A stretch of DNA of 64,000 nt from Euglena gracilis (GCA_039621445.1 CP154954.1:13806387-13870386), one strand, 5' to 3'; shown: positions 33,538 through 44,745, counted from the stretch's first letter. The notes: generated by a model from the letters alone, not told the origin. Numbers and translations: made by a program.

Positions 33538-36500
33538 ATGCTGCCTGGGCGCGGACCTGGACCAGGTCCACCATGGCCGCAGCCTTCTGGCGCGCCATAC
33601 CCCCAGTACCCTCAGTATGCTGAGGCCCCGATTCCGGGTGCCCCACATGCTGAGAGGGTTTCAGCCCCGGTATTCGCCGCGGCTACCAGCAGCCGGTCCG
33701 CATATGCGGTACCAGATCCATCTGCCGTCCAGCAGCCGGCACCTCAGCCACCAGCGCAGCGCAGATCGCGCCTGCCCCCATATGCGGGAGAGATGATCTT
33801 CCGCACTACGGAGACGTTGGAGCGGGCGATGCGTATGTGCGCACACCCCCCAACGGAGCCCTTTATGCAAGCCCTTTGGGATGCATACTGTGCTCAGTTG
33901 TTGGTGGTAGCCAACACCCCTGTGGCTCAGTGGTGTCCCTGTGGTCAACCCCTGATGACGGGGAGACGGTATTTCTCGTCGGCATCCGATTCCGGATTCG
34001 AGCCTGGCGAGACCATGGACCTGGGCGTGTATGTGCCGCCCATGCTGCAAACGCAGACGCCGGTGGGATCCCACACCGTGCATATGCGTGAGCACACGCC
34101 CCCACCGGTAGGTGAGGCTGTGCATGTCCTACCTGGGATGACGAGAATTATTGCTCGCCCGCCCTCGCCGCAGCGCATGCCGCCGCGCGAGCCGCCAGCG
34201 GAGCACTTTGTCTCGCGGTACGCGACGCACGCGGATTACCCGCGCGGCGCACGCGTGCTCCCAGCCGGACAGTCGGACGTGCCCCCTGAGGCATACGTCC
34301 AACACATATTCATGCACTGGATGCCACAAGCATCATCGGTCGCCCCTGTCCCTGGCGTTGAGCCACGGCGGCAGGCGGAGCCCATAATGGTGGAGGATGA
34401 ACCTCCCCACAGTGAGGCAGCTCGACCGCCCAGTGCAGCTCCTGTCCAGACTGGGGATATCCCCCGTCGGCAGGAGACTCCCTACTATCACATGGCACCT
34501 CCGGGAACCGAGCAGGATGAGCTTGCTCGGCACTTCCTGCAGGAGCCAGTATTCGCGTCTGAAGAGCACCGGACGAGGTATTACTCCTCTCTGGCTGCCC
34601 TTCAGGGCCGTGGATACACCCCATACCATCCGTACCAGCCGCAGCTGCGGGTGGCAACCCCGGTATTACCCGGTGAGCCCCCGGCAGGTGTGGCAGTATT
34701 ACCTGCCACCCTGAAGCGCGACCGGACTACGGAGAACCTTACCCCACAGCCCAGGCGACCCAGCCCACGGGACGCGGAAGGCGGTGTGGCGATGCAGGTG
34801 GAAGCCAGCCAGGATACCCCGGCTGGACGACCACCGGCAGAGGCACAGGTGGCGATGAGCCGTCCTGTTGCCGCAATGCCACCGCCGATCCCTCCGGTAT
34901 GGAAGGAGCCACGACCCCCCGCGTCGAAGCCAAGCCCACGCCAGACTCCTCATCATCGCCCAGCCACGCCATCACCGCGACGTGCAGCGGAGCGGCTAGA
35001 TCCCTCCCCAGAGATGGAATGGGAAGGAACCGAACCGACTCCTGCGGCACCGAGCGCCCGACCTTCTGGTATTCGCCATACGGGAAAGGATGCCGGCAAG
35101 GCCGAAGGCAAAGGCAAGGGAGAAGGCAAAGGCGTGGCCGGCAAAGGGAAGGGTGAGGGTAAAGGTAAGGGAACAGCACGTGAGGAAGAAGAAGAACCAG
35201 CAGAAGTCCTCTCGGACTTTGAGCATATGCTCAGGTTCAAGGAGGAGCTGGAGGATGAAGGCTGGCGAATGCAGCATGATTACCATGTTGCAGGAAACCG
35301 CCCCGTCACCCCTCCACAAGCAGTCATCGATGTGGTATTACGCCACACCGAGAACCGAGTCAGACTATTCCATTACGGAATAGATCTGTACGCCTTCGAA
35401 GGTGAAGGTGACAGACCCTTGCTGGATGCACAGCCAGGTTTCTGGGAGCTCTGGTTTTGGCTGGGATACCCCTGCCAGAATTGGGGTCTCTTCAGCGATT
35501 CCACTGGTCGCAGTTACCTGCACCAGTTGGGTTTTCGGGACCAGCGTGTGTTGGCCCGAAGGCTGAAGGCAGTCTTCGACTGTATTCATACAGTCGGACC
35601 CCTCGGCGTGCAGTGGAAATTCTACCCACTACACCCCGACATCGAACACCTGATCGAGGTGTTGTGGTGCAACAACCTCCAGGTGTGGCTGGTGAGCCAT
35701 TACGGCTCCACCTTCCGCGTTAAGCGTGTTTCCCTGGCTTACCCGCAGAGGTATGACCTCTGCTGTAAGTACTGCCGGCAGGAATTTCCTGTCGACTTCT
35801 GGGGATTCGGCGTGCGCGGAAGTCCTCCACCGCCTCGGGATAACCCGGGACTGGAGATGGGACGCCGCATGCTTATGCATGTGTGCCGCGACGCCCCGGA
35901 TGTCCAGGGCAAAAGTCGCCGCGTCCACAAGCAGCGTATTTTTATGCTGCAGCAGTTCTGGTGGCGAGCCTGGACTACCTATGTCATGGAGGTGTATATA
36001 CATCTCCGTGACCCCCAGGACGATAGGCCTGGAATGGAAAGCCTGCCACCGGATTACGGTGACGCCATCGAGGGTCCTCGTCGTCGGATTCTCGGCCACC
36101 TGCGCCCCAACTGGCACCTGGCTGATATCAGCCTGGAGGAACATTTGCGGCGGCAGTTTGGCGGTACCCTCGACCGGGAGGTATTCCTTCCGCTGATGTG
36201 TCACCGGAAGGCCATCCTCGAACAGCGTATGCTGATTCTGGCATGCGTTCAGGAGTTCGAGAAGGGCTTTTTCGAGGTCTGGGAAGACACGCGTTACCGC
36301 GACTTCCTGGGCCCGAACAGGCCTGCCAACGCCTGGGTGCAGCCATCATGGCCGCCACCCTGGCCCAACAGCGCCAGCAGCAGTACGCTGGCCTTTTACA
36401 GGCTGGCGGACGCTCAGGGATGCCGATGGCACCCGACGATCCTCGTTCGCCCGAGGATCTGCGGGCCTTCATCGCCCCGGAGGATGAACCTCTGGCGCGA

Positions 36501-36702
36501 AGGAGACGTGAGGCGTCAGTCGCTTCCACCACCGCGATTCCGCGGCGGGAGGAACGCGACCGCAGCCCATCCGTCACCATCCTGGAGGCAGCGCCGCCGT
36601 CTCCGACAGGAACGGCTGTATCATTTGTCTCTGCCCCGCGAGCGGCAGGGGAACGATCGGTTTCCCCGGCCCCCGCGGTGGCTCCCGTCTGTCCACCCGT
36701 AG
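33538..36702 (+). CDS. Extra sense ORF, part A (unknown function; Pro-rich, GKG repeats, Cys/His-containing globular region)
   Basis: 1054-codon ATG-initiated ORF between pol and the 3' LTR. It probably joins part B through a 1-nt indel near 36360. Confidence 0.8.
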   Translation: MLPGRGPGPGPPWPQPSGAPYPQYPQYAEAPIPGAPHAERVSAPVFAAATSSRSAYAVPDPSAVQQPAPQPPAQRRSRLPPYAGEMIFRTTETLERAMRMCAHPPTEPFMQALWDAYCAQLLVVANTPVAQWCPCGQPLMTGRRYFSSASDSGFEPGETMDLGVYVPPMLQTQTPVGSHTVHMREHTPPPVGEAVHVLPGMTRIIARPPSPQRMPPREPPAEHFVSRYATHADYPRGARVLPAGQSDVPPEAYVQHIFMHWMPQASSVAPVPGVEPRRQAEPIMVEDEPPHSEAARPPSAAPVQTGDIPRRQETPYYHMAPPGTEQDELARHFLQEPVFASEEHRTRYYSSLAALQGRGYTPYHPYQPQLRVATPVLPGEPPAGVAVLPATLKRDRTTENLTPQPRRPSPRDAEGGVAMQVEASQDTPAGRPPAEAQVAMSRPVAAMPPPIPPVWKEPRPPASKPSPRQTPHHRPATPSPRRAAERLDPSPEMEWEGTEPTPAAPSARPSGIRHTGKDAGKAEGKGKGEGKGVAGKGKGEGKGKGTAREEEEEPAEVLSDFEHMLRFKEELEDEGWRMQHDYHVAGNRPVTPPQAVIDVVLRHTENRVRLFHYGIDLYAFEGEGDRPLLDAQPGFWELWFWLGYPCQNWGLFSDSTGRSYLHQLGFRDQRVLARRLKAVFDCIHTVGPLGVQWKFYPLHPDIEHLIEVLWCNNLQVWLVSHYGSTFRVKRVSLAYPQRYDLCCKYCRQEFPVDFWGFGVRGSPPPPRDNPGLEMGRRMLMHVCRDAPDVQGKSRRVHKQRIFMLQQFWWRAWTTYVMEVYIHLRDPQDDRPGMESLPPDYGDAIEGPRRRILGHLRPNWHLADISLEEHLRRQFGGTLDREVFLPLMCHRKAILEQRMLILACVQEFEKGFFEVWEDTRYRDFLGPNRPANAWVQPSWPPPWPNSASSSTLAFYRLADAQGCRWHPTILVRPRICGPSSPRRMNLWREGDVRRQSLPPPRFRGGRNATAAHPSPSWRQRRRLRQERLYHLSLPRERQGNDRFPRPPRWLPSVHP

Positions 36703-39050
36703 GTGGAGACCAGGAACTTCCTGAGGAGGAAGGTGAGAACGTGGAGGATATCCTCTACGCTGCTCTGCATGCTCCGGCACAGCCTAGGCCAGACGGAGCA
36801 CCCGCAGGGGATATACCTGTGGCTGCTACGCCTGCTCCAATGGCTGGGCCTCTAGCCGAGGTGACTGGTATGGTCGTCGAGGATATCCTCGAAGAACCTA
36901 CCAGCCCCGCAGTATGCACCTCATTAGGAGGCCGTGTGCTCGGCGCCGTAGTCACCGGCATTACTGCCGTGGCTGCTGCACTAGCGCCACGAGGTGGAGG
37001 CGTAGCATCAAGCTCCGCCGCTGAGGTCGTGGAGACGCCGGATGTCGGTGTCCCCGCACCCCCATCTCCGGCAGCAGTGCAACCACCTTCAGGGGATGAA
37101 CCCCAGCCGACAGAGCCATCTGTCGCACCAGCTACAGCGGAGGATCAACCTCCCTTCGCACCTGCGCCAGCGGTTGTGGAACATCAACCTCCTAGACCGG
37201 ATGTCGAAATGGAAGTGGAGGAGATACCCCCACGACCACCGACACCGCGCAGGGTCCCTGCCGTCCCGAGGACAATGGCAGAGTTTCTGGGAGCGCCAGC
37301 GCCTGTGGAAGCACCGATTCCGATGACGACCACAGTGCCACGCCTCGTCGGACAGGATGAACCTGCTCGGCGACGGCCGGCTGAACAACCCCAGGAACGT
37401 GTGCCGACCCCTCGGAGCGTCATGCGCGACCCAGCGGTCAGGATGCCCGCTTCGCCCAGACGGCAAACGTCTACTCCGGCACCATCGGCTCCTGATACCA
37501 GGAGTAAGCCGCAGGCGTCGCCTCCTGATTCCGGGAGTGCGAAGCCGAAAGGAGGCAAACCGGGTGCTGCACCCTGTAAGCCCCCTGCCAAAGGCAGTGA
37601 TGGAAAACCACCACCGAAAGGTGGCGCTGGATGTCAGACTGGCGGACAGCCAAAAGGCCCTACGACAATGCACGACTATTCGGCCGTTGCATCGTCCGGG
37701 TACGGCCAGAGCAAACCGAAAGGTAAGGCTCGTGGTCGACAGGCCCAATCTTCCACCGGATCGACGGATGAGGAGCAGGATGAACCTGCTTCTCCTCCCG
37801 TGTCTGCGGATGCCCAGCTCTGGACTCAGGATATCCTGACCAGACTAGGCACCGTGGAAGAGAGGACGAAGAAACTGGCTGCTATTAGGCACCAGAAAGG
37901 GTCACTGAATCAATGGATTCAGCCCCTCTTCGTCCGAGGAGAACCTTTCCATTATGTCCCGGAACATACCTGGACATTCTGGAATAGGCGCTCACCAAGA
38001 GTACTGGCACAGTACTTTGGTGAGGACTGCGTGTTGGATTTCCAGCACGGCACGTCCTTTGCCTGGACGTGCACCGTGTGCCACCATGTGCGGCACAACC
38101 AACCGCTTGTGCATGTGTGCAAGCGGCAGGTGCAATCCTCGTGGTTCCATCACAGGGCATATGTGCCGAACTGTGTGGCGCTCGTATGTGGCGAGTGCCT
38201 GAACGCGTGGAAGCACAGCTTGAACTACTCCTACAGTGAGAATGCTCACGACAGGGATATCCATGCCTTGTGCATCAACTGTATAGGAGCCAAGTTCGTG
38301 CAGACTGCTGATGGAGCAGTCACCACCATTGTCCCACAGCACTGGGAGACACTGGAGAAGTGGAAGAAGGAGTACAAGCAGGTGGAAGGCCGCCTGAAGC
38401 ACTCCGACTTCCGAAAGGTAGAAAGCTACCGCCACACGGGAATGGCCCGTGAGTTCCAGATCGACGCTGGGGCAATGCGCCTCGCCGTCGAGGAACACGC
38501 CAAGGTAATAATGCCTTACCTCTGGTCTGATGGCGACTGGGAGACACAGGTTTACCCCCTGTTCTCCAAGCGTCAGCATGGCGGATACGCCTTGCCACTG
38601 TGGCCTCCTGAAGAACACGATTTGGTGGACTTCAGAGGTTGGTTGGCGGCTGTATTACGGCCCCATACCGCAAGAGCTCGGACAGCGAGGTGGATGTATG
38701 ACATCAACTTCAAGCAGACCCCGGGGATGCCCCCGCAGGTGCCTGCGAATCATCCCCGGATGAATTACATCATCTGGCCGGTGATGCTGCCTAGAATTTT
38801 CTGGGAGCAGCTCCAACGGTATCTTCAGCATCATGCTGAACGTACCAGGGAGAAGCTACCGGATAATTGGATCAAGGACTGGGAGACCCCTTCCTTTGAT
38901 GTCAACGATCCGGAGCTCAACACCATTCGGAGTGAATCAGCTCCGCCGCGTTCTCCACGCCAACTGGAGTTGGTTGAGGACCCATTAGGGGACCCCCAAC
39001 ACGACTACTGGCGTGAGGTGCGCGAACGCCCAGCCGATAAAGGCAGGTGA
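36198..39050 (+). CDS. Extra sense ORF, part B (Pro/Ala-rich linker + Cys/His/Trp-rich C-terminal domain)
   Basis: 950-codon ORF in the -1 frame relative to part A, with CTVC, HVC, CGEC and CINC motifs. Confidence 0.8.
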   Translation: MSPEGHPRTAYADSGMRSGVREGLFRGLGRHALPRLPGPEQACQRLGAAIMAATLAQQRQQQYAGLLQAGGRSGMPMAPDDPRSPEDLRAFIAPEDEPLARRRREASVASTTAIPRREERDRSPSVTILEAAPPSPTGTAVSFVSAPRAAGERSVSPAPAVAPVCPPVGGDQELPEEEGENVEDILYAALHAPAQPRPDGAPAGDIPVAATPAPMAGPLAEVTGMVVEDILEEPTSPAVCTSLGGRVLGAVVTGITAVAAALAPRGGGVASSSAAEVVETPDVGVPAPPSPAAVQPPSGDEPQPTEPSVAPATAEDQPPFAPAPAVVEHQPPRPDVEMEVEEIPPRPPTPRRVPAVPRTMAEFLGAPAPVEAPIPMTTTVPRLVGQDEPARRRPAEQPQERVPTPRSVMRDPAVRMPASPRRQTSTPAPSAPDTRSKPQASPPDSGSAKPKGGKPGAAPCKPPAKGSDGKPPPKGGAGCQTGGQPKGPTTMHDYSAVASSGYGQSKPKGKARGRQAQSSTGSTDEEQDEPASPPVSADAQLWTQDILTRLGTVEERTKKLAAIRHQKGSLNQWIQPLFVRGEPFHYVPEHTWTFWNRRSPRVLAQYFGEDCVLDFQHGTSFAWTCTVCHHVRHNQPLVHVCKRQVQSSWFHHRAYVPNCVALVCGECLNAWKHSLNYSYSENAHDRDIHALCINCIGAKFVQTADGAVTTIVPQHWETLEKWKKEYKQVEGRLKHSDFRKVESYRHTGMAREFQIDAGAMRLAVEEHAKVIMPYLWSDGDWETQVYPLFSKRQHGGYALPLWPPEEHDLVDFRGWLAAVLRPHTARARTARWMYDINFKQTPGMPPQVPANHPRMNYIIWPVMLPRIFWEQLQRYLQHHAERTREKLPDNWIKDWETPSFDVNDPELNTIRSESAPPRSPRQLELVEDPLGDPQHDYWREVRERPADKGR

Positions 39051-39858
39051 GGTGTCTGTGAGCGCCAATGCGGCGTTCAGCACCCTCGTCAGGTATTCGC
39101 CTGACACCCTGTTTGGGTATTCGCCCGAACAACCCCTTCGAAGACCCTTTGCGGTATTCGCCGCTAGTAAGTTCCCACCGGGATGCTGCCATGTGCAGGA
39201 TTCCGTGTGCATGCATGCACACCCCTCTCCCCTCTCCCCTCTCGCGGGCGTGCGACACGCAGCGCACAGGGCCGACGGCCTCTTTTCATTTCCCTTTCTT
39301 TTCTTTTCGGCCGTTTGAGGCCTTAAGGCTGCCAGACAGCACAACTTTTTGGCCTAAGCCAACCCCCCACTCCTCTCTACTTTCCCCCCGGGGCAAATGC
39401 TGTCGCCGGCAGTTGGTTTTGTAGAGTAGGATTTCCTTTTGCGTAGTCAGGTTTGACTGGCCATGCGCCCTGCCCAGGTTTGACTGGTCAGCCCCCTCCT
39501 TCCACACCCTCCCCATGGGTTTTCCTGGAATGCCCATGGACCCAACCCCAAGTGCCTTGGGCACACCCAAACTGGGTGGATGGGTTTGCTTGGCAAGGAA
39601 ACCTGCCAGCCCCATTTTCCCAAGTGGGCTATAATATACTATATACCCATAAGCCACCGCCGAATATGTGAAACCATTTTGCGCGTTTTGGGCTTTTTGG
39701 GTCCCCTCCTTTCCGCCCCCCCCCTTTGAGTGGACCCCTGTGCGACGGAAAGGGCCCCTGTGGATGCGCCAGGGTGCACCTCCCTCAGACCAGGTCTGTG
39801 TCCGAAATCCCTGTGGCCAGAATGCCTGGTCCAAAGGGGAAATCAGGCATAGCCCTGT

Positions 39859-39866
39859 GAGGGGGA
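39859..39866 (+). promoter_or_regulatory. Polypurine tract
   Basis: GAGGGGGA immediately 5' of the 3' LTR. Confidence 0.75.
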
Positions 39867-40174
39867 TGTGTACCAGGCGTATGCTTCTGTCCCCTTCCGT
39901 TGAGGAAGTTAGGATGGAAGCAGATCCTATTAGGATTTCCTAATGGGTGCCCCTTCTCTCTCCACAGGTGGTATTCTGTTTGTCTTTCCTTTTCTCCGGA
40001 CCGGACTTGGTTATCCAGTCCGTCCTCCCTGCATTGCTCTGTGCTTTGCTTCTTGGGAAGTGTGAAAAGGGATTTTACTGTTACTATGATTTTCAGTTCC
40101 CAAGTAGGTGCGCCAAGGCGAAAGCGAAGGCTTTTGGGAATTGGGAATTGGGAATTGGGAATCAGACGTACACT
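39867..40174 (+). repeat. 3' LTR
   Basis: 308-bp direct repeat of 23717-24024, followed by ACGTC, which also precedes the 5' LTR. Confidence 0.97.
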
Positions 40175-43100
40175 ACGTCCCGTCCGAGGGATTTTCCGCG
40201 CCGCAACTTTGCGCAGAAAAATTTTAATGTCAGCACGGCATCATCTCAAATGACACTAACGGTTTTTTTCCCCCTCTCTTTGCAGGACTCCGCCGGAAAA
40301 AAAAGTTTAGTCACAGACAAAACTGAACGTTGTCCCCCAAAACTTTTTACCAAAGCTAACTACAAAACCTCGCCCCCAGGTTTTTTTTGCCACAGACAAG
40401 TCAAAAACCGAAAAAAAAATTGCCACAACCGTCAACGAAAACTGGCCCCCAAAAGTTTTTACCATTCCTTGTTGGGATTTCTGCTCCCAACGGGTTAGCA
40501 TGGTAATTCGAAACTGGCCGTCAAAACTTTTACAACACCTAACTGCAAAAACTGGACTTCAAAAAGATTTTTGCCACAGACAGGGTCCGCTGCTGTGAGT
40601 TTCAAACAAAGCAACACCAAATGCACAGAAATGGAATGCAAATAAGTACCAGGTGACAAACGGGGACAGAAAACAGATGTTGGTGCAGCCAGTGGCCCAA
40701 AGTTTGGCTGAAAAAGGCAGAACTGGGAAGTGATGTCTGACAGCTGATGTGAGACAACAGGGGTAAAGATGGAGGTTACCCTTTGAGAGCAAACTGGTGG
40801 GTTGGTGGAGGAAGATGTCATCACCAAATGGTCTCAATGCGTGCAAATGGAAAGACTGGGAAATGAGGGTGGGTATGAGAAGAATTGAGGAGTCTTGACA
40901 GAGAATGGTTGTATGCATGGTGGGTTTGCAGTGGTTGGAAATGGTAGAAGGGGTGGGTATGCAGTTACCGGGGGGCTGACCATTGGAGGGGGCCTTTTCA
41001 GGCCCAGAGACTTTTCTTGCCACTGGCTGGTTTGAAGGGGCCTTTTCAGGCTGGGAGGGCCTTTTCAGGCCCAGTGGCTGGGTGGGCCTTTTCAGGCCCA
41101 CAGAAGCCAAATAAACCAGATAAGCTGTAAAGGCCTCAGCAGGCCACAAGGGCTGAGAAGCCCTGGACACCATGATGGGCTTCTGCAGCGTCTCTCCACC
41201 ACTGGGCTTGACTTGTACTTGACTTGTAAAACTTGAAACCCCAGTGGTAACTTGTACTTCTGTTGACCTCCTCCAGGGGTCTTCTGGTCTGTTCTTCGAT
41301 GTCGCTCTCCACGTCCTTGTACTTGTCACTTGACTTGTACTTGAACTGCACCAGGGACTTCAACTAGACCAGTACTTGTAACTTGAACCCCTCCAGGGGC
41401 TTTCACTTCTCGGCCATGTGATATGTCGAAAAAAAAATCAGAGAGAAAAAATAGCATTAGGAATCACCAAAGGTACAAACTTTGCGGGGGATTATTACGC
41501 GGGGTTTTATTGCGCGGCTCTGCCGTGTCCGAGGGGTTTAATTAATTTAATAAAACCCCTCGGAAAAAGGGAGCACGAGTATTAGTGTTCCACGGAATTT
41601 GGCGCATGTCTGTAACAAGAAAAACCAAAATGCAAAAAACAAACTGGTCGCGGGCAAGGAAAACTTTGACGTTTAATGTGCGTCGCACCAGAGTGAAAAA
41701 AAAAGTTTTGGAAAGAGACCAGAGACAAAACAGCGACGATGGCTTTCTGATTTCCTGCCGCAGTGCCAGAAAGCAACTGTTCGGGTAGCATTTGGCCCCG
41801 TTCTCAGTCAGTGGGTATTGAATATGGGAGGGAGGGGGAGGAAGAGAGAGCGGAGGAGAGGGTGCGTCCAAAGCCTGACAAAGGCAGTGGAACCCAAATC
41901 CTTATCCCCCTGCCACCAGACAACCTGCCGTTTCGGACCCTGGCTGGCTCCTCCCAGTCAACAAGGTACTGGGGGGGCATATCTTGACCTGAAGGTTGTC
42001 TGCGGAGAGAATCAGTAGAAGCTAAACAATTCATGAATCACACCATCTCAGGGCAGGAGTTGCCGGGACGGAAAAAAAGATGGTCCACCGTGTAGACCTG
42101 TTGCAGACTTCGGTGGGTGGGCACCATACAGTTTTTTACCGACCCCCCCCCCCGGGGGGGTTAACTTCCACTCTTCCAGAAAACAGTCGCTCATTTTTTT
42201 TCCCGAAAACCGGTCAGTCACTACCCCCCCCCCCCTTGGGGGAGGGGGATCGGCCACTCTGAAATCCAAAGGAAATTTGACCAAAAACGTGAAAAAAGGC
42301 CAAAAAAAATTCGGCGCCCCTCCCGAGAGGCCCCCTGAAACAAAGTTGCAAAGTTGGGGCCAGCCTAGCGAAGCCGGGCTGGACCGAGAAGAATACATTC
42401 AAAAAAAATAGGGGGCTTCAAAAAATGCGTCAAAAAAGGTATTTTGAAAATGGTCAAAGAGGCTCCAAATGGCACTTTTGTGTGGTTTTGGGGGTTTCAC
42501 CTCCAAATTTTGGGCTTTTTGCCTGTTTTCAGGTTCAGCTGCCAGCCACTGGAGGTTAAGGGAAACATGCATTTCACCACAGGGCTGAAAAGGGATCCGA
42601 AAATCCCCATCTTTGCACGTTTTTCAAGCTTCAGATGCAGAAGGGAAAAAGTAATGGAGTGCGATCATTTTTTCGCATGCAATTTGGGTTTAACACAACC
42701 AAGAAGTTGATTCTATTGGCCGAAGCCCATGCGGAGATTTTTTTGTGTGGCAAAACAGTCAGCCAAGTGAAAGCTGATGATACATTGGCAAGATGGTGCG
42801 GAGAAAAAGTGCTCTTCAAGGCCTGGAAGGTTTGGTTTCCCGAGAAGATGTAAAAGTGGAGGTTTTTCAAAATGTTTTAAAGATTTGTTCCCAGAACAGG
42901 GCCTTTAAATTGTGATGAATGGGCAATATTCTGTCCCACCCGTGAGCGGTGCGTTGGTCTAGCATTTGAAACAGCAGATCCGTGAAAGCCCTGAGACGTG
43001 GTAAGGCAGGGAGGAAACTTCTGCCTTGCCAGCAGTTGCCTCAAAAATTGTCCTAGTTCTTTCTGCACCGTCTTCGATTTTGCAGTGGGCACCTGCAAAA

Positions 43101-43337
43101 GACCCCTTTCCTGGTTTAAAAGCCCAGATGATGCACCAACTGGCTTGGGTGGTGTTTGACTTTTGAAGCTTATGGTGATGCTACTGTCCTCCAAATCATT
43201 GCATTGCATTGCATTTGTGCCAAACTTTTGCATTTGCACCTGCACTTGCAAAATATCGTCGAGATAAATGAAAACAGGGTGTTTAGCCCAAAACAAGCCC
43301 CTTCCATCTGGAAATCTCTGTCCCCCAATTTCCACAT

Positions 43338-44047
43338 ATGGCACAAAGTGGGGCCCCTATACCTAGGGTATGGGGGGGTATGGGGTGGTATGGGGGGTAT
43401 GGGGGGGGTATGGGGGGGTATGGGGGGTATGGGGGGGGTATGGGGGGGGGTATGGGGGGTACGGGGGTATGGGGGGGTATGGGGGAAGGGTTTGGAGATG
43501 TTGTTGATGAGGTTTATGGCCCCTGGAATAGTTGTACAAGTCGCGCGATTTGACCACAAAGCGCGATTTGGCCACAAAAAATGATCCGTAGATGAGGATG
43601 AGGTTATTTTTTTGCCGGGGGGGGGGTCCGGGGGGGGCGGGAGCCCCTCCCCCGGGCACTCGAACAGTTGCATACATCGCGCGATTTGACCACAAAGCGC
43701 GATTTGGCCACAAAAACAGATTGGTAGACGAGGATGAGGTTATTTTTTTTGCCGGCGGGGGGTCCGGGGGGGGGGGGGGGGGGGCCGCCTGCGCGGGCAC
43801 TCGAACAGTTGCATACGTCGCCCGATTTAACCACAAAAGGGTCCATGAGGCCAAAAAAAAACGCTTCCGGGCAAAAAAATTTTGGGGTATGGGGGGTATG
43901 GGGGGGTATGGGGGCGGTATGGGGTGTGGGGTATGGGGACGGTATGGGGTGTGGGGTATGGGGGGGGTATGGGGGGTATGGGGGGTATGGGGGGGGTATG
44001 GGGGGTATGGGGTTTGGGGGGGGTATGGGGGCCCCACTTTGTCCCAT
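43338..44047. mobile_element. TIR element with (GGGGGGTAT)n subterminal arrays, present only in duplication unit 1
   Basis: atggcacaaagtggggcccc ... ggggccccactttgtcccat TIRs; internal tandem units of ~140 bp. Confidence 0.75.
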
Positions 44048-44745
44048 CTGAGACCTGATTTGGTGAGATATTGTAGATTTCTGCATCCAAATGTGTGTGA
44101 GTTCAACAGTGGACCTCCAAAATAAGGGGAATTTTTCTTTTTCGGTGCGAAGCGCCGAATTCTTTATTGGCAGTCAAAAATTTCACCCTTATCTAAGCAC
44201 CACCCCCTGGTTTTTACCCATATTTTGGCAATATAAGCACCCCCCCCCCGGTTCCCACCCATCTTTTCTGGTGCTTAGACAAGGGGGGGGGAGGTATGAA
44301 TGGTTTTCGGACTGGAGACAACTGCAAGTGAAAATAAGTGTTTGAGGTCTATCTTGGTGGCCCCCCTGACACATTCCCCGACACTCGTAAATTAGTCTGA
44401 GTTCCCCTCCTCCTCGGGCTCTCATTTCCTTAGAGCAAACCGTAGAACTACATATTTTGTGCCCCAGAATGGAACCTCCAGGCTGCTTTGGCTTCCACAT
44501 ACTCTGCCATCACTGGTAAGGCCAGCTCTATCTCCTCGTGAGATTTTTTGCTGTTCCCTGACATGCAGATGCTCTCCTTGAAAATGGGGTTCTACCGCTT
44601 TCCTGATCAGCAACTGAATTCTGTGGGGGCATTTTTCTCCCACCATGGAAAACAATGCCAGAGTCTTTGAAAGGGGCAAGTGTGAACCAGGCAGCCGTAA
44701 GGCTATGATGATGTGTGTGTAGGTATCAGCCTACGGCCAGATATA

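Larger units (their letters stand above)
23717..40174 (+). mobile_element. Full-length Ty3/Gypsy chromovirus-type LTR retrotransposon (16,458 bp) carrying a Dam-like methyltransferase domain and a large extra 3' ORF
   Basis: Two 308-bp LTRs, TSD ACGTC (or TACGTC), iMet PBS, PPT, and domain order Gag-PR-(MTase)-RT-RH-IN-chromodomain. Confidence 0.97.

Noticed and set aside
33538-39050. env gene call for the extra ORF
   Set aside because: No visible signal peptide, fusion peptide or transmembrane anchor.
40559-41329. 256-aa minus ORF with PEKAPS repeats, and possible coding relics at 11800-12700 and 47970-48700
   Set aside because: No recognisable domain or exon-joining evidence; cannot be supported without a search.
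43156-44125. Pro/Gly-rich extensin-like ORFs (PPYPP, GGYGG)
   Set aside because: They arise from the (GGGGGGTAT)n arrays of a TIR element and are open on both strands.
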